Assembly: GCA_050115495.1 (NCBI GenBank)
Contig: JASFQK010000016.1
Coordinates: 32,001 to 96,000 of the forward strand
Source of the DNA: Phycisphaerae bacterium
Lineage (GTDB): Bacteria; Planctomycetota; Phycisphaerae; UBA1845; Fen-1342
Length of the DNA: 64,000 nt
Direction: 5' to 3'
Positions 1-9,941 of this stretch are shown piece after piece. Under the pieces are notes generated by a model. The model saw only the letters and a list, made by a program, of their open reading frames with translations. It was not told the origin of the DNA and ran no database searches. The translations under genes were made by a program, and so were the position numbers. Positions within the stretch are counted from its first letter, which is position 1. Each line of letters starts with the position of its first letter.

Positions 1-2
1 TC

Positions 3-221
3 AAAGACGCTCGCGGCGAGCCGCGCTACTGGCGTCACGAGCTGGTTGACAAGCTGGCCTCGTTGCAGAAGTCGGACGGACGCTGGGTGAACGAGCGGGA
101 CCGGTGGATGGAAGGATTGCCGGCGCTGACGACGGCGTATGCGATGTTGGCGCTGGAGGCGGCGTATCCGGAGGAGGCGGCGGCGAGTCAGCCGGTCGCG
201 GCGCCGGCGCGGGATCAGTAG
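3..221 (+). CDS. C-terminal fragment of a prenyltransferase/squalene-oxidase-repeat protein (5' partial)
   Basis: Manual translation of frame 3 gives KDARGEPRYWRHELVDKLASLQKSDGRWVNERDRWMEG..TTAYAMLAL..*. It contains a QxxDGxW-type repeat; stop TAG at 219-221. Confidence 0.65.
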   Translation, partial: KDARGEPRYWRHELVDKLASLQKSDGRWVNERDRWMEGLPALTTAYAMLALEAAYPEEAAASQPVAAPARDQ

Positions 222-232
222 GGCAGCGGGAC

Positions 233-284
233 AAGGCACAGGAGCAGAGGAACAAAGGAGCAAAGGGGCAAAGGGGCAAAGGGG
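233..284. repeat. Degenerate 8-mer tandem run (GGRRCAAA/GAGCAGAG type)
   Basis: gagcagag gaacaaag gagcaaag gggcaaag gggcaaag; the same unit occurs at 58576-58669 and 59687-59824. Confidence 0.75.
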
Positions 285-313
285 AAGATTGCGCTGGGTG
301 CGTCGTTCGGTGA

Positions 314-399
314 TCGACGTCGGCCACGGGGGGCCGACGCTACGGGCGAGTACGCGGCCGGTTTGGCAATTGACGGCCGACGCGGAGGTCGGCCGCTAC
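314..399 (-). repeat. Two GTAG-hairpin REP elements (type A 314-343, type B 372-399)
   Basis: Reverse complements of GTAGCGTCGGCCCCCCGTGGCCGACGTCGA and GTAGCGGCCGACCTCCGCGTCGGCCGTC; both recur elsewhere in the window. Confidence 0.85.
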
Positions 400-653
400 G
401 TCGATGCGCGGTGCGTTGCGGGCGGTGGGGGGCCGTGCTAGCATCCGCCGTCAGGATCTGTCGCCGACGCTGCGTGGTCTGACCGTGGCGGCGCGTGATT
501 TCGCGTGTTCGGTTTTCACAGTGATGGCCGGCGCGTGGAGGCGCTTGCGGCAGCGGCCACGGGCTATCGCCCAGGGCGCGGCACGGGGTTTGCCAGTCTT
601 CGTTGTGGGACCCCGGCGATACGATCCCGGTCCACGGCCCGCAAAGGTGTTTC

Positions 654-3600
654 ATGCCCGCCAGACTCACCGCTGAGCAGATCGAGCAGCGTACCCAGCG
701 CCTCGGCCGCGAGATGTTCGAACGCATCCGCGGGGCGCAGCCCTCCGTTGTCCGCCGGGAATGGTGGCAGGAGCGGTTGCTCGAACAGTGCATGGCCGAC
801 GAGTGGTTTAAGGTCCAGGCCTTCCGGTTTGTCGACGCCTTGCCGATGCTCGGCGACGACGTCGAGCTCGCCCGTCACCTGAAGGAATACTTCGTCCTTC
901 CCGAGCATCGCGCCGGCGACAACGGCCACCACGACCCCCACGCCAGCAACCAGGCCGCCCTCCGCGAACTGGACGGGGCTGGTCCCCGGTGGTTTGTGCG
1001 CTGGGTGAGCTACTGGATGAACTTCAAGCGGTTGGACTCGCTCTGGGCCCGCATCGCCGCCCAGTCCGCCCGACGCAGCGCCCTGCTCATGGCCGGCAGC
1101 TTCATCGCCGGGTCGACCGTCGAGCAGGCCGAGCGGGTGATCCGCCGAATGCGCAAGCAGCAGATGGCCTTCACCATCGACGTGCTGGGCGAGGCAGCGA
1201 TGTCGCGGCAGGAGGCTGAGGCGTACCAGGAGACGTACCTCGACCTGATCCGCAACTTGCCGAAGCACGCGGCCCAGTGGTCGCGCGTGCCGCTGGTTGA
1301 CGAAGCCGACGGCGAGCAGATCCCGCGGGTGAACGTCTCGGTCAAGCTGACCTCGCTGCACCCGGGGTTTGATCCGATCGCTCCCGGGCCGGCCAAAGCC
1401 CGGGCCAAGGAAGTGCTTCGCCCGCTGTTCCGCCTGGGGATGGAAGGCGGCGTTCACGTCCACGTGGACATGGAGCACTACGCGATCAAGGACCTGACGC
1501 TGGAGGTGTTCGAGGAGCTGCTGCTCGAGGACGAGTTCCGCGACTACCCGGACCTGGGCATCGTCCTTCAGGCGTACCTCCGCGACGGCGACCGCGATGC
1601 GGCCCGCATGATCGAACTGGCCAAACGCCGCGGCACACCATTCTGGGTCCGGCTGGTCAAGGGTGCGTACTGGGACTCAGAGACCGTCTGGGCCGACCAG
1701 GCCGGCTGGCCGTGGCCCGTGTGGGAACAGAAGTGGATGTCCGACGCGTGCTACGAGCGCATGACGCACGCGCTGCTGGCCAACCACGAACACCTCTGCA
1801 CGGCCTTCGCCAGCCACAACATCCGCAGCCTGGCGCATGCGATGGCCCTGCGCGAGATGTGGGAGATCCCCGGCACGGCGTTCGAGTTGCAGATGCTGTA
1901 CGGCATGGGCGACCCGATCAAGCGGGCCGCCATCGAGCTGGGCCAGCGCTGCCGCATCTATACGCCATACGGGCCGCTCCTGGCCGGTATGGCCTACTTC
2001 ATTCGTCGTCTGCTGGAGAACACCGCCAACGAGTCTTTCCTCCGTCAGGCTGCCGACGTCCCGGAGGACGACCTGCTGCGTAACCCGGACACCATCGGCG
2101 CTGCCACGCCGCCGTTCGAGCGGCCGCTCGTTGTCCGTTATGAATTCGAGGAACCCCTGATGGATGCGTTCACCAACGTGCCCAATAGCGACTTTTCCCA
2201 GGAGCAGAGCCGCCAGCAGATGCTGGCCGGCCTGGCCCAGGTTCGTGCCGATCTCGGCCGCCGAATTCCGCTGCTGATCAACGGCCAGCGGGTCGAGACC
2301 GAGACGTGGGCTGATTCGTTGAACCCCTCCCGGCCGGCGGAGGTCGTGGCCCGCGTCGCGCAGGCCGACGGTCCCGTCGTCGAGCAAGCTGTGCAGAGCG
2401 CCGTCGAGGCCGGCAAGGCCTGGCGCCGTGTTCCGCCGCACGAACGGGCGGATTACCTGTTCAAGGTCGTCGAGCTCATGCAGGGCAAGCGGGCCGAGTT
2501 GGCGGCGCTGGCGGCGATCGAGTGCGGCAAGCCCTGGCGCGAGGCTGACGGCGACGTGTCCGAGGCGATCGACTACTGCAACTACTACGCCCGGGAGATT
2601 ACCCGCGTCGCCGAGAATATCCGCGAACGCGATGTGCCGGGCGAGACGAACCTTTACTTCTACTCGCCGCGCGGCGTGGTGGGCGTCATTTCCCCGTGGA
2701 ACTTCCCGCTGGCCATCCCGGCGGGCATGATCGCCGCGGCGGTCGTGACCGGAAACGCCGTCGTGTTCAAGCCGGCCAGTCCGGCGGCGGCGGTCGGGGC
2801 GGCGCTGGCTGACCTGTTCGCCGAGGCCGGCGTGCCGGCCGGCGTGGTTAACTATGTGCCCGGCCCCGGCCCGATCGTCGGCGAGGCGCTGGTCCGCCAT
2901 CCGGACGTGGCCACGATCGCCTTCACCGGCTCACGCGAGGTGGGCCTGCATCTGAACGCCCTGGCGGCGCAGACGGCGACGGCGCGGCCCGGACTGAAGC
3001 GAGTCATCGCCCAGATGGGTGCCAAGAACGCCATCATCGTCGATTCCGACGCCGACCTCGACGCCGCCCTGGGCGCCGTCGTGCAGGGTGCGTTCGGCTA
3101 CGCCGGGCAGAAGTGCACGGCCTGCGCGCGGGTCATCGTGATCGAGCCGGCGCACGACCGCTTCGTCGAGCGCCTCGTCGAGAAGGTGCGTACGTCGAGC
3201 GTCGGGCCGGCGGAGGAGCCGACGACCTCGATCCCGCCGCTGATCGACCAGGCGGCCTTGGACCGCGTGCGCGAGTACGTCGCACTCGGCAAGAAGGAGG
3301 CCCGTTGCGTCCTCGAGGTCGACGCCAAGCCGCAGGTGGACGAGTTCGGCGGGTACTACCTCGGCCCGGTCATCTTCGACGATGTGCCGCCGGCGGCCCG
3401 CATTGCCCGCGAGGAGATCTTCGGGCCGGTGCTGTCCATCGTTCGCGCTCGGGACATCGACGAGGCGATCGCCGTGTTCAACGACACGGATTACGCCCTC
3501 GCGGGCGGGATCTACTCGCGCAGCCCAGCGAACATCGACAAGGCTCGGCGGGAGTGCGAGTGTGGGAACTTCTACATCAATCGTCCGATAACGGGCTCGC

Positions 3601-3767
3601 ACGTCGATCTTCAACCGTTCGGCGGGCTGAAGATGTCGGGGACCGGGGCCACGGCCGGCGGGCCGGACTACCTGATCCAGTTCTGCGAGCCGCGGACGAT
3701 TACCGAGAACACGATCCGCCGCGGCTTCGCCCCGAGTGAGGAAGTTCTGGAGACGCTGGGGCAGTAG
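654..3767 (+). CDS. putA: Bifunctional proline dehydrogenase / P5C (glutamate semialdehyde) dehydrogenase
   Basis: PRODH motifs RLVKGAYWD, ASHN, FELQMLYGM, RRLLENTANESF. ALDH motifs ISPWNFP, FTGS, GQKCTAC, EEIFGP, QPFGG. Confidence 0.95.
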   Translation: MPARLTAEQIEQRTQRLGREMFERIRGAQPSVVRREWWQERLLEQCMADEWFKVQAFRFVDALPMLGDDVELARHLKEYFVLPEHRAGDNGHHDPHASNQAALRELDGAGPRWFVRWVSYWMNFKRLDSLWARIAAQSARRSALLMAGSFIAGSTVEQAERVIRRMRKQQMAFTIDVLGEAAMSRQEAEAYQETYLDLIRNLPKHAAQWSRVPLVDEADGEQIPRVNVSVKLTSLHPGFDPIAPGPAKARAKEVLRPLFRLGMEGGVHVHVDMEHYAIKDLTLEVFEELLLEDEFRDYPDLGIVLQAYLRDGDRDAARMIELAKRRGTPFWVRLVKGAYWDSETVWADQAGWPWPVWEQKWMSDACYERMTHALLANHEHLCTAFASHNIRSLAHAMALREMWEIPGTAFELQMLYGMGDPIKRAAIELGQRCRIYTPYGPLLAGMAYFIRRLLENTANESFLRQAADVPEDDLLRNPDTIGAATPPFERPLVVRYEFEEPLMDAFTNVPNSDFSQEQSRQQMLAGLAQVRADLGRRIPLLINGQRVETETWADSLNPSRPAEVVARVAQADGPVVEQAVQSAVEAGKAWRRVPPHERADYLFKVVELMQGKRAELAALAAIECGKPWREADGDVSEAIDYCNYYAREITRVAENIRERDVPGETNLYFYSPRGVVGVISPWNFPLAIPAGMIAAAVVTGNAVVFKPASPAAAVGAALADLFAEAGVPAGVVNYVPGPGPIVGEALVRHPDVATIAFTGSREVGLHLNALAAQTATARPGLKRVIAQMGAKNAIIVDSDADLDAALGAVVQGAFGYAGQKCTACARVIVIEPAHDRFVERLVEKVRTSSVGPAEEPTTSIPPLIDQAALDRVREYVALGKKEARCVLEVDAKPQVDEFGGYYLGPVIFDDVPPAARIAREEIFGPVLSIVRARDIDEAIAVFNDTDYALAGGIYSRSPANIDKARRECECGNFYINRPITGSHVDLQPFGGLKMSGTGATAGGPDYLIQFCEPRTITENTIRRGFAPSEEVLETLGQ

Positions 3768-3805
3768 CCAACGACGGACCGACGTCCGCACAGAGGGCGG
3801 CGACC

Positions 3806-3899
3806 CAGGGCCTCCGGGGGGGCGCCAGTCAGTAGCCAGGGACGTAAGCCCCTGAAATTGAGGTCCGCACGCGAATGAGCCCCGAAAGGGCGCTGGGGT
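3806..3899. repeat. Palindromic REP-like element
   Basis: gggggcgccagtcagtagccagggacgtaagcccctg...agccccgaaagggc; a degenerate inverted copy lies at about 4773-4816. Confidence 0.5.
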
Positions 3900-3965
3900 T
3901 TGGCCATTCTAATAGCAGCGTGGGTCGCGCTTCCGCGTATAGAAACGGCCGGATGCCCCGTGCCG

Positions 3966-4571
3966 TCACAATTCGGCCCGTTTCCTCCGACGGATCGCTC
4001 GGTGCGTCAGGAAGGCGAGAACGAACACGTACAGAAAGGAGACGATACTGCCATAGATGGCCACCGCGCACCACGTTTTCTCTCCAAGATCTCGCAGAAG
4101 CGTGCGCTGCGCACGAAGGAGGGCGTGGCTATCAGCGACATCAGCGAGCACCCACGTTACCGGCATTTGGAGAACAAACAGCGCGAACGGAAGCGGAACA
4201 AAGATGAGACCCTTCGCAACCCGGTGCCCCTGGATTCCACGATACACGAGATACGCAAGGATGAGCAGGACGATTCCCGTGACCACACCGTACGGAAGAA
4301 CGAACTCCTCGTCGATCATGCAGACGAAGGGGGGCCCGACAAACGACCAAATAGCGCAGCCCACGAGAAGGCCGAAGACAGTCTCGGCGTGACCTCGCCA
4401 ACCGAGCATCACGGCAGCGATCAGAAGTACCGCACTCGGGAAGGAACTCAAGCTTATTTGGTCGGGTACGACGTCGGGCATGGAAAGCACCCAGATAGCC
4501 ACATAAACCATCGCAATCAAGCCAATGGCCAATCGGAGGCCCGGCGAGATAGTCGACTTGTCTCCAGTCAT
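3966..4571 (-). CDS. Hypothetical integral membrane protein
   Basis: About 201 aa from ATG 4571 with about 6 hydrophobic segments; visibly more AT-rich than the flanks. Confidence 0.6.
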   Translation of the reverse strand: MTGDKSTISPGLRLAIGLIAMVYVAIWVLSMPDVVPDQISLSSFPSAVLLIAAVMLGWRGHAETVFGLLVGCAIWSFVGPPFVCMIDEEFVLPYGVVTGIVLLILAYLVYRGIQGHRVAKGLIFVPLPFALFVLQMPVTWVLADVADSHALLRAQRTLLRDLGEKTWCAVAIYGSIVSFLYVFVLAFLTHRAIRRRKRAEL

Positions 4572-4999
4572 GACTTGCTCCGGCAGCGTCTCGTCAACCT
4601 GTACCAGACCGCAGCGTCGAATTCCCAAGGCATCCGAAACGAAGAGCACACATTGTCCGTTGGCCGGACCACAGCGTCAACGTTTCGGGAATACGACCGT
4701 TGCCAATGAGGAGTACGATACGTGATTCTCCATCAACTCTCTGGCCCCGCCGCCCGCATGTGTTGAGCAACGAGGACTCACGCCTCCGGGTACTGACCTG
4801 TGCCCCTCCGGGGCACGGAGACTCGCTCGGTGTCTGCGCAGCGCCATCCACACGCCCGCGGTGCGCTTGGGCATGCCCACCACGCCGGATGGCACTGCCG
4901 ACTTGCCCGCCGGTGCCGGCACCGCCGCGCAACCACCGGCAGAGGCGTACCGTCGTAGTACCAGCGCCACCGCGATCGCCGATATACTCTCCTGGAACC

Positions 5000-5239
5000 A
5001 TGAAGACGCGCTGCGAGTGCCGTGGTCTGTCGTTCGTCGGGCTGATGAAGTACGCCCGGCGGCATGGGATCACCACGCTGGAGGAGCTCATGAAGGCCAC
5101 CGGTGCCGGGACGGGATGCGGCACGTGTCGGCCGTATCTGGAGGAGCTCTTGAAGTCGGGCAAGCTGCGCGTTGGTGATGTGCTGATCGACCTGCCGGTG
5201 GATGATCCGCCGGCGAGCCCGTCGGAATCGCCGGAGTGA
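5000..5239 (+). CDS. BFD-like [2Fe-2S]-binding protein
   Basis: 79 aa with CxC...GAGTGCGTC (Fer2_BFD pattern). Confidence 0.8.
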   Translation: MKTRCECRGLSFVGLMKYARRHGITTLEELMKATGAGTGCGTCRPYLEELLKSGKLRVGDVLIDLPVDDPPASPSESPE

Positions 5240-5339
5240 GCGGTGATGTGGCAGGGAGGGTCCCTCGTTTGACCGTCATGGAGGGGCCGGCTACGCTGAT
5301 GAAGCGTTTGTGTGCGTGAGAAGAGGTATACAGCCGCCC

Positions 5340-6986
5340 GTGAGCCGTAAGTCCGCCAACGCCCGTTCAACCGCCCCGGCCAAGGATGCCGCTCGCGCCG
5401 GCAAGGAGCCGCTCCTCGAGCAGCTCTCGTCGTTCGTGGGGTTCTTCGTGTACCTGCTGGTGCTGAAGAGCTTCTTCCTGCCGCTGTTCATCATCCCGAC
5501 GGGGTCGATGGCGGAGACGCTCTACGGCGAGCACGCGACGCACACGTGTCCGAACTGCGGCACGGAGTACGCGGTTTCGCTGCCGTTGCGGATACCCGTG
5601 TTGCAGTGTCCGAATTGTCGCTGGCGGGAGAACGTGCCGTCGGACATCGGGCTCGACAAGCTCGAGGCCGCCGGCATGGCGCCCGACGCGACGTTGCGCG
5701 AGGCGCTGCACCCGCGGGCCGGCGACCGCATCATGGTGCACGGCTGGCCCTACGTGCTCGGCGGGTTCTTCGCCCCCGAGCGGTGGGAAGTCGTCGTCTT
5801 CAAGGTCCCCACCGAGGGTCAGACGAACTACATCAAGCGGCTCATCGGCCTGCCGGGCGAGACTATCGAGATCATCGACGGCGACATCTTCGTCACGCCG
5901 CCCGAGGGAGGCGAGGCGCGCATCGCCCGCAAGCCGGCACACGCGCAGCGGTCGCTGTGGTTCCCATACTACAACCACGATCATCCGGCCCGCGTGCCGG
6001 CGGCTGGCGGCCGGTTTTACCCGCGCTGGGTCGCCTCCGGGGGCGGTGACGGCTGGCAGCATGTCGAGACCCGCCGGCCGGCGTTCGATGGCCGCGATGG
6101 CGAAGGCGAGATCCTGTTCGTGACCGACCCGCGCTCCGTGACGCAGCCCGGCGAGGTCGCCGACGTTTATGGTTACGACGGTCCGATCGCCACTCATGTC
6201 GTCAGTGACGCCCGGCTGAGCTGCACGCTGAAGGTCGAGGCGGGCAGCGAGGGCGGCTACGTCGAGCTGCGCAGCTCGAAGTACACCGACCAGTTCTCTG
6301 CCCGTTTCCACGTGGGGGCGGATGGCCGACTGACGCGCGTGACGCTGGGTCGGGCGACGGCGCCCGGCGGCTCGCCCGAGATCTGGGCCGAGGCGGACGT
6401 TCCCGCCGGCACGCCTGACGAAGTGACCGTTGCCCTCGGCATCGCCGACTACCGCGTCAGCGTCGAGGTCGACGGCCGGCCGCTGATCGTGACCGAGCCG
6501 TCGTTGTATGACGTCACGCCCGAGCAGGCGCGGGCTCGCTCGGCCAGCCCCACGTCCCCGCGGCTGGCGGTCGCCGCCCGCGGCGTGAAGGTCACGCTGG
6601 ATCACCTGCTCATCGAGCGCGACGTGTATTACACGAGCAACCTCCCCAGCGGGCACGGGCAGGAGGCCGACTTCGGCACGCAGGGCCACGCCATCACGCT
6701 GCGTGACAACGAATGCTACGTGCTCGGCGACAACAGCCCGGCCAGTCTCGATTCACGCTATTCCTTCGCCCAGGGCAAGGACGATCCCGTGGGGCCACAC
6801 CTGAAGGACGCCTACGCTCAGGGCGAGTACCACCGGGGCACCGTGCCGACCGACCAGCTCATCGGCCCCGCCTTCCTCGTTTACTGGCCCGGCACCGACG
6901 CGTTGCTGCCGGACCGCTACTTGCCGCAGTGGCTGCGCCTGTTGAACCAGTTGCCCGGCCCCGGGCGCATCCGCTGGATTCACTAG
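5340..6986 (+). CDS. lepB: Signal peptidase I (S26) with Zn-ribbon and large inserted domain
   Basis: TM segment, IPTGSM (catalytic Ser), CPNC..CPNC, NYIKRLIGLPGE (catalytic Lys), LGDNSPASLDSR. Confidence 0.9.
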   Translation: MSRKSANARSTAPAKDAARAGKEPLLEQLSSFVGFFVYLLVLKSFFLPLFIIPTGSMAETLYGEHATHTCPNCGTEYAVSLPLRIPVLQCPNCRWRENVPSDIGLDKLEAAGMAPDATLREALHPRAGDRIMVHGWPYVLGGFFAPERWEVVVFKVPTEGQTNYIKRLIGLPGETIEIIDGDIFVTPPEGGEARIARKPAHAQRSLWFPYYNHDHPARVPAAGGRFYPRWVASGGGDGWQHVETRRPAFDGRDGEGEILFVTDPRSVTQPGEVADVYGYDGPIATHVVSDARLSCTLKVEAGSEGGYVELRSSKYTDQFSARFHVGADGRLTRVTLGRATAPGGSPEIWAEADVPAGTPDEVTVALGIADYRVSVEVDGRPLIVTEPSLYDVTPEQARARSASPTSPRLAVAARGVKVTLDHLLIERDVYYTSNLPSGHGQEADFGTQGHAITLRDNECYVLGDNSPASLDSRYSFAQGKDDPVGPHLKDAYAQGEYHRGTVPTDQLIGPAFLVYWPGTDALLPDRYLPQWLRLLNQLPGPGRIRWIH

Positions 6987-7016
6987 GCCTGGTACCGGCG
7001 GGCGAACAAGGCGACG

Positions 7017-8498
7017 TTGTTGAGCGACACCGGCCATCCGACAGACCGTCACGAGACACCGGCCCGCGCGCCGGTCCGGCCGCCCGCTTCCCCCTCGACG
7101 GCGCTCCAGGTCATCGAAACGGTGGAGACGGTCCTCACCGCCCTGATGCTGGCGTTCATTTTCCGTGCGTTCCTGGTCGAGGCCTTCATCATCCCGACGG
7201 GATCGATGGCACATTCGTTGCTCGGGGCCCACGCCACACGCACGTGCCCGACGTGCGGCTGGGAGTTTGACTACGAGGTCGATGGTCAGCCGCTGTGTCC
7301 CAACTGCCACCAGCGTCTCGCGGACGAGCATCCGGTCCGCAAGGACGGCGACCGCATCCTCGTGCACAAGTGGCCGTTCGCGATCGGCGGTTTCCTTGCG
7401 CCTCGGCGCTGGGACGTCATCGTCTTTCGCAGCCCCGCTAACCCGTCGGAGAACTTCATCAAGCGGCTGGTCGGGCTGCCGGGCGAGACGCTCGAGGTCG
7501 TCGACGGGGACCTGTACATCGACGGTCGGATCCAGCGCAAGCCGCAGGCGGTGCAGAGCGTGCTGTGGTTCGTGGTCTTTGACCAAGGGCATTTCCCGGA
7601 GGGGGACGCGGCGTCGCCGCGCTGGTTGTGCGAAACCGCGCCAGAGGACGTGGGTGGGGGATGGACGGGAAACCAGACCCGAATTATCCACTACGGCGGC
7701 ACGGACGCGGTCGAGCGTCGGCTGCGATTTGCGCCGGCGGATGTCCGCTATTTCCAGGATGTGTACGCCTACAACCGCGGGCCGACGCTCGAAGACACGC
7801 CTTTCGTTGGCGACATGCGGATGGAGGCGGAGGTGGTCTTCGACGGCGGCGACGGCGCGATGCAGTGGGTGATCGTTCACGACGGCACGCGCTTCACCGC
7901 CGAGCTGCACCGCGACGGTGAGCTTTCGCTGACGATGGGTAGGGGTTTGCGTGGCGAAGCGCACAACGTCGATTCGACGAATGTGCCGCGGTTTGTCGCC
8001 GGTCGGCCGTACCTGGTGGAATTCGGACACCTCGATTATCGCGTGTATTTGAGCGTGGATGGCGAGGAACGGCTGACGACGCGCGACACGGATTACACGC
8101 CGCCGGACATCGCTCGCCGCCACATGAGACGAACCGCGCCACTGGACTTGTCGATCGCCGCCAACTCGCTCGAGTTCGAGCTGCGTGGCTTGCGCGTGGA
8201 TCGCGACGTGTACTACACGGAGCGCGCGGGCTACGCGCGGCGGGGGACGGCCGGCTTGCCGTTCGTGTTGCGGGATGACGAGTACTTCGTTCTCGGCGAC
8301 AACAGCCCGGGCAGCCGCGACAGCCGGGAGTGGACGGAAGCGGGCCCGCACCTGCCGGCGGGTTATCGGCCGGGGACGGTGCGTGGGGACCAGATTGTGG
8401 GGCCGGCGGCGCTGGTGTATCTTCCGGGGCTGCTGCCGATTGATGCGGCGGGCCGGTGGCGGTTACCGGACGTGGGCAGCGTGCGTTTCGTTCGCTGA
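7017..8498 (+). CDS. lepB: Signal peptidase I paralog with Zn-ribbon
   Basis: FIIPTGSM, CPTC..CPNC, NFIKRLVGLPGE, LGDNSPGSRDSR. Start codon uncertain (TTG 7017/7020). Confidence 0.9.
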   Translation: MLSDTGHPTDRHETPARAPVRPPASPSTALQVIETVETVLTALMLAFIFRAFLVEAFIIPTGSMAHSLLGAHATRTCPTCGWEFDYEVDGQPLCPNCHQRLADEHPVRKDGDRILVHKWPFAIGGFLAPRRWDVIVFRSPANPSENFIKRLVGLPGETLEVVDGDLYIDGRIQRKPQAVQSVLWFVVFDQGHFPEGDAASPRWLCETAPEDVGGGWTGNQTRIIHYGGTDAVERRLRFAPADVRYFQDVYAYNRGPTLEDTPFVGDMRMEAEVVFDGGDGAMQWVIVHDGTRFTAELHRDGELSLTMGRGLRGEAHNVDSTNVPRFVAGRPYLVEFGHLDYRVYLSVDGEERLTTRDTDYTPPDIARRHMRRTAPLDLSIAANSLEFELRGLRVDRDVYYTERAGYARRGTAGLPFVLRDDEYFVLGDNSPGSRDSREWTEAGPHLPAGYRPGTVRGDQIVGPAALVYLPGLLPIDAAGRWRLPDVGSVRFVR

Positions 8499-8798
8499 TG
8501 TGCCGGCGTTCCGGGCGTGTTTTCAACATCGACTGCCCAGTCCTGAGGCCGCGGTCGGTCCGCAGCCCGGAGGAACCGGAGACAGGGCTTTCGGAATGTC
8601 TTCATGGGGCGCTTACGGAACGTAAGTTGTTTATTTTCAATGTCGTGCGCGATTGTGTATGAAAAGTGTGTGGTTAGATATGGGACATAAGGGTGTGAAT
8701 CGGGCAGTACGGGCCAACAGCAGACGAGAGCCACACTTGCGCACGTATCAACAACTTGTCCACAATTCCGCGGTCGCGGCCGCCAAGGAAGCCTTGAC

Positions 8799-9545
8799 AT
8801 GCTGCTAACGGTCGAGAATCTCGTGAAGTCCTATAATGGCCGCACTGTCGTCAACCACGTCAGTTACTGCGTCGACGAGCGCGAGATCGTTGGTTTGCTC
8901 GGTCCGAACGGTGCGGGGAAGACCACCAGCTTTCGTATGACCGTGGGCATGATCACGCCCGATGGCGGTAAGGTGCGGTTCGACGAGCGGGATATCACGT
9001 CGCTGCCCATGTACAAGCGGGCCCGCCGGGGGATCGGCTATCTCTCGCAGGAACCGAGCGTCTTTCAGCGGCTGACCGTCGAGGAAAACCTGATGGCGAT
9101 CTGCGAGACGCTGCGCGCCTCGCGACGCCAGCGGCGGGCGCGGGTGGAGGAGCTGCTCGAGCAGTTCGGGCTCGCCATCGTGCGGAAGAACCTGGCGAAA
9201 AACGTCTCCGGTGGCGAGCGGCGGAAGTTGGAGATCGCTCGAGCACTGCTGACCGAGCCGCGGCTGATCCTGCTGGACGAGCCGTTCAGCGGCGTGGATC
9301 CGCGGGCGGTCGAAGAGCTGCGCCATGAGATTCTGAAGCTGCGCGAGAGCGGTATCGCCATTCTGCTGACCGACCACAACGTGCATGAAACGTTGCGGGT
9401 GACGGACCGCAGTTACGTGATTCACGAGGGCAGCGTGATCAGCGCGGGGCCGCCCAGCCAGTTGGTCAACGACCCGCGGGTACGCGAGACGTACCTGGGC
9501 AACACGTTCCGCGGCGACGAGTTTGGACCCCCCGATGCTCAATGA
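8799..9545 (+). CDS. lptB: LPS export ABC transporter ATPase
   Basis: GLLGPNGAGKTTSF, YLSQEPSVF, SGGERRKLEIAR, LLDEPFSGVDP, TDHNV. Confidence 0.92.
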   Translation: MLLTVENLVKSYNGRTVVNHVSYCVDEREIVGLLGPNGAGKTTSFRMTVGMITPDGGKVRFDERDITSLPMYKRARRGIGYLSQEPSVFQRLTVEENLMAICETLRASRRQRRARVEELLEQFGLAIVRKNLAKNVSGGERRKLEIARALLTEPRLILLDEPFSGVDPRAVEELRHEILKLRESGIAILLTDHNVHETLRVTDRSYVIHEGSVISAGPPSQLVNDPRVRETYLGNTFRGDEFGPPDAQ

Positions 9546-9837
9546 ACCCGATCTGTTCGAGGTGATCGAGCATGAGGGTGGGGTGGAATTCCACGTTAAG
9601 GTGGTGCCCGGGGCCTCCCGCACGCGGGTGATGGGACTGTGGGGCACGGCGCTGAAGGTGGCCGTGGCGGCTCCGCCCGAGGGCGGGAAGGCCAATGCGG
9701 CGGTCGTGGCTCTGCTGGCGAAAACGCTGGAGGTGAGCCGCGGGGCGGTGCGGATCGTCTCCGGCCAGACCCAGCCGCGGAAGCGCGTGTCGGTGGCCGG
9801 ATTGACGGCCGAGGCGGTCCGAGAACGGCTACCCTGA
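9535..9837 (+). CDS. DUF167 / YggU family protein
   Basis: VKVVPGASR, LKVAVAAPPEGGKAN, VRIVSGQT..RK. Confidence 0.88.
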   Translation: MLNEPDLFEVIEHEGGVEFHVKVVPGASRTRVMGLWGTALKVAVAAPPEGGKANAAVVALLAKTLEVSRGAVRIVSGQTQPRKRVSVAGLTAEAVRERLP

Positions 9838-9941
9838 GCACGTCGCGAGGCCAGCGGGCAGGCCGCTGGTAATCCCTAGGGGGGGGAGTGGAGTTGAAAT
9901 CGTACCTGCCCGATGCTATATTCTCAAGCGGAGGCGAGCCT

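Noticed and set aside
3900..4709. 269-aa plus-strand ORF
   Set aside because: It is antisense to a more plausible multi-TM protein and has no recognisable motifs.
8600..8770. oriC or dif site in an AT-rich spacer (single TTGTCCACA)
   Set aside because: Only one DnaA-box-like 9-mer and no XerC/XerD arm match; more likely the lptB promoter region.
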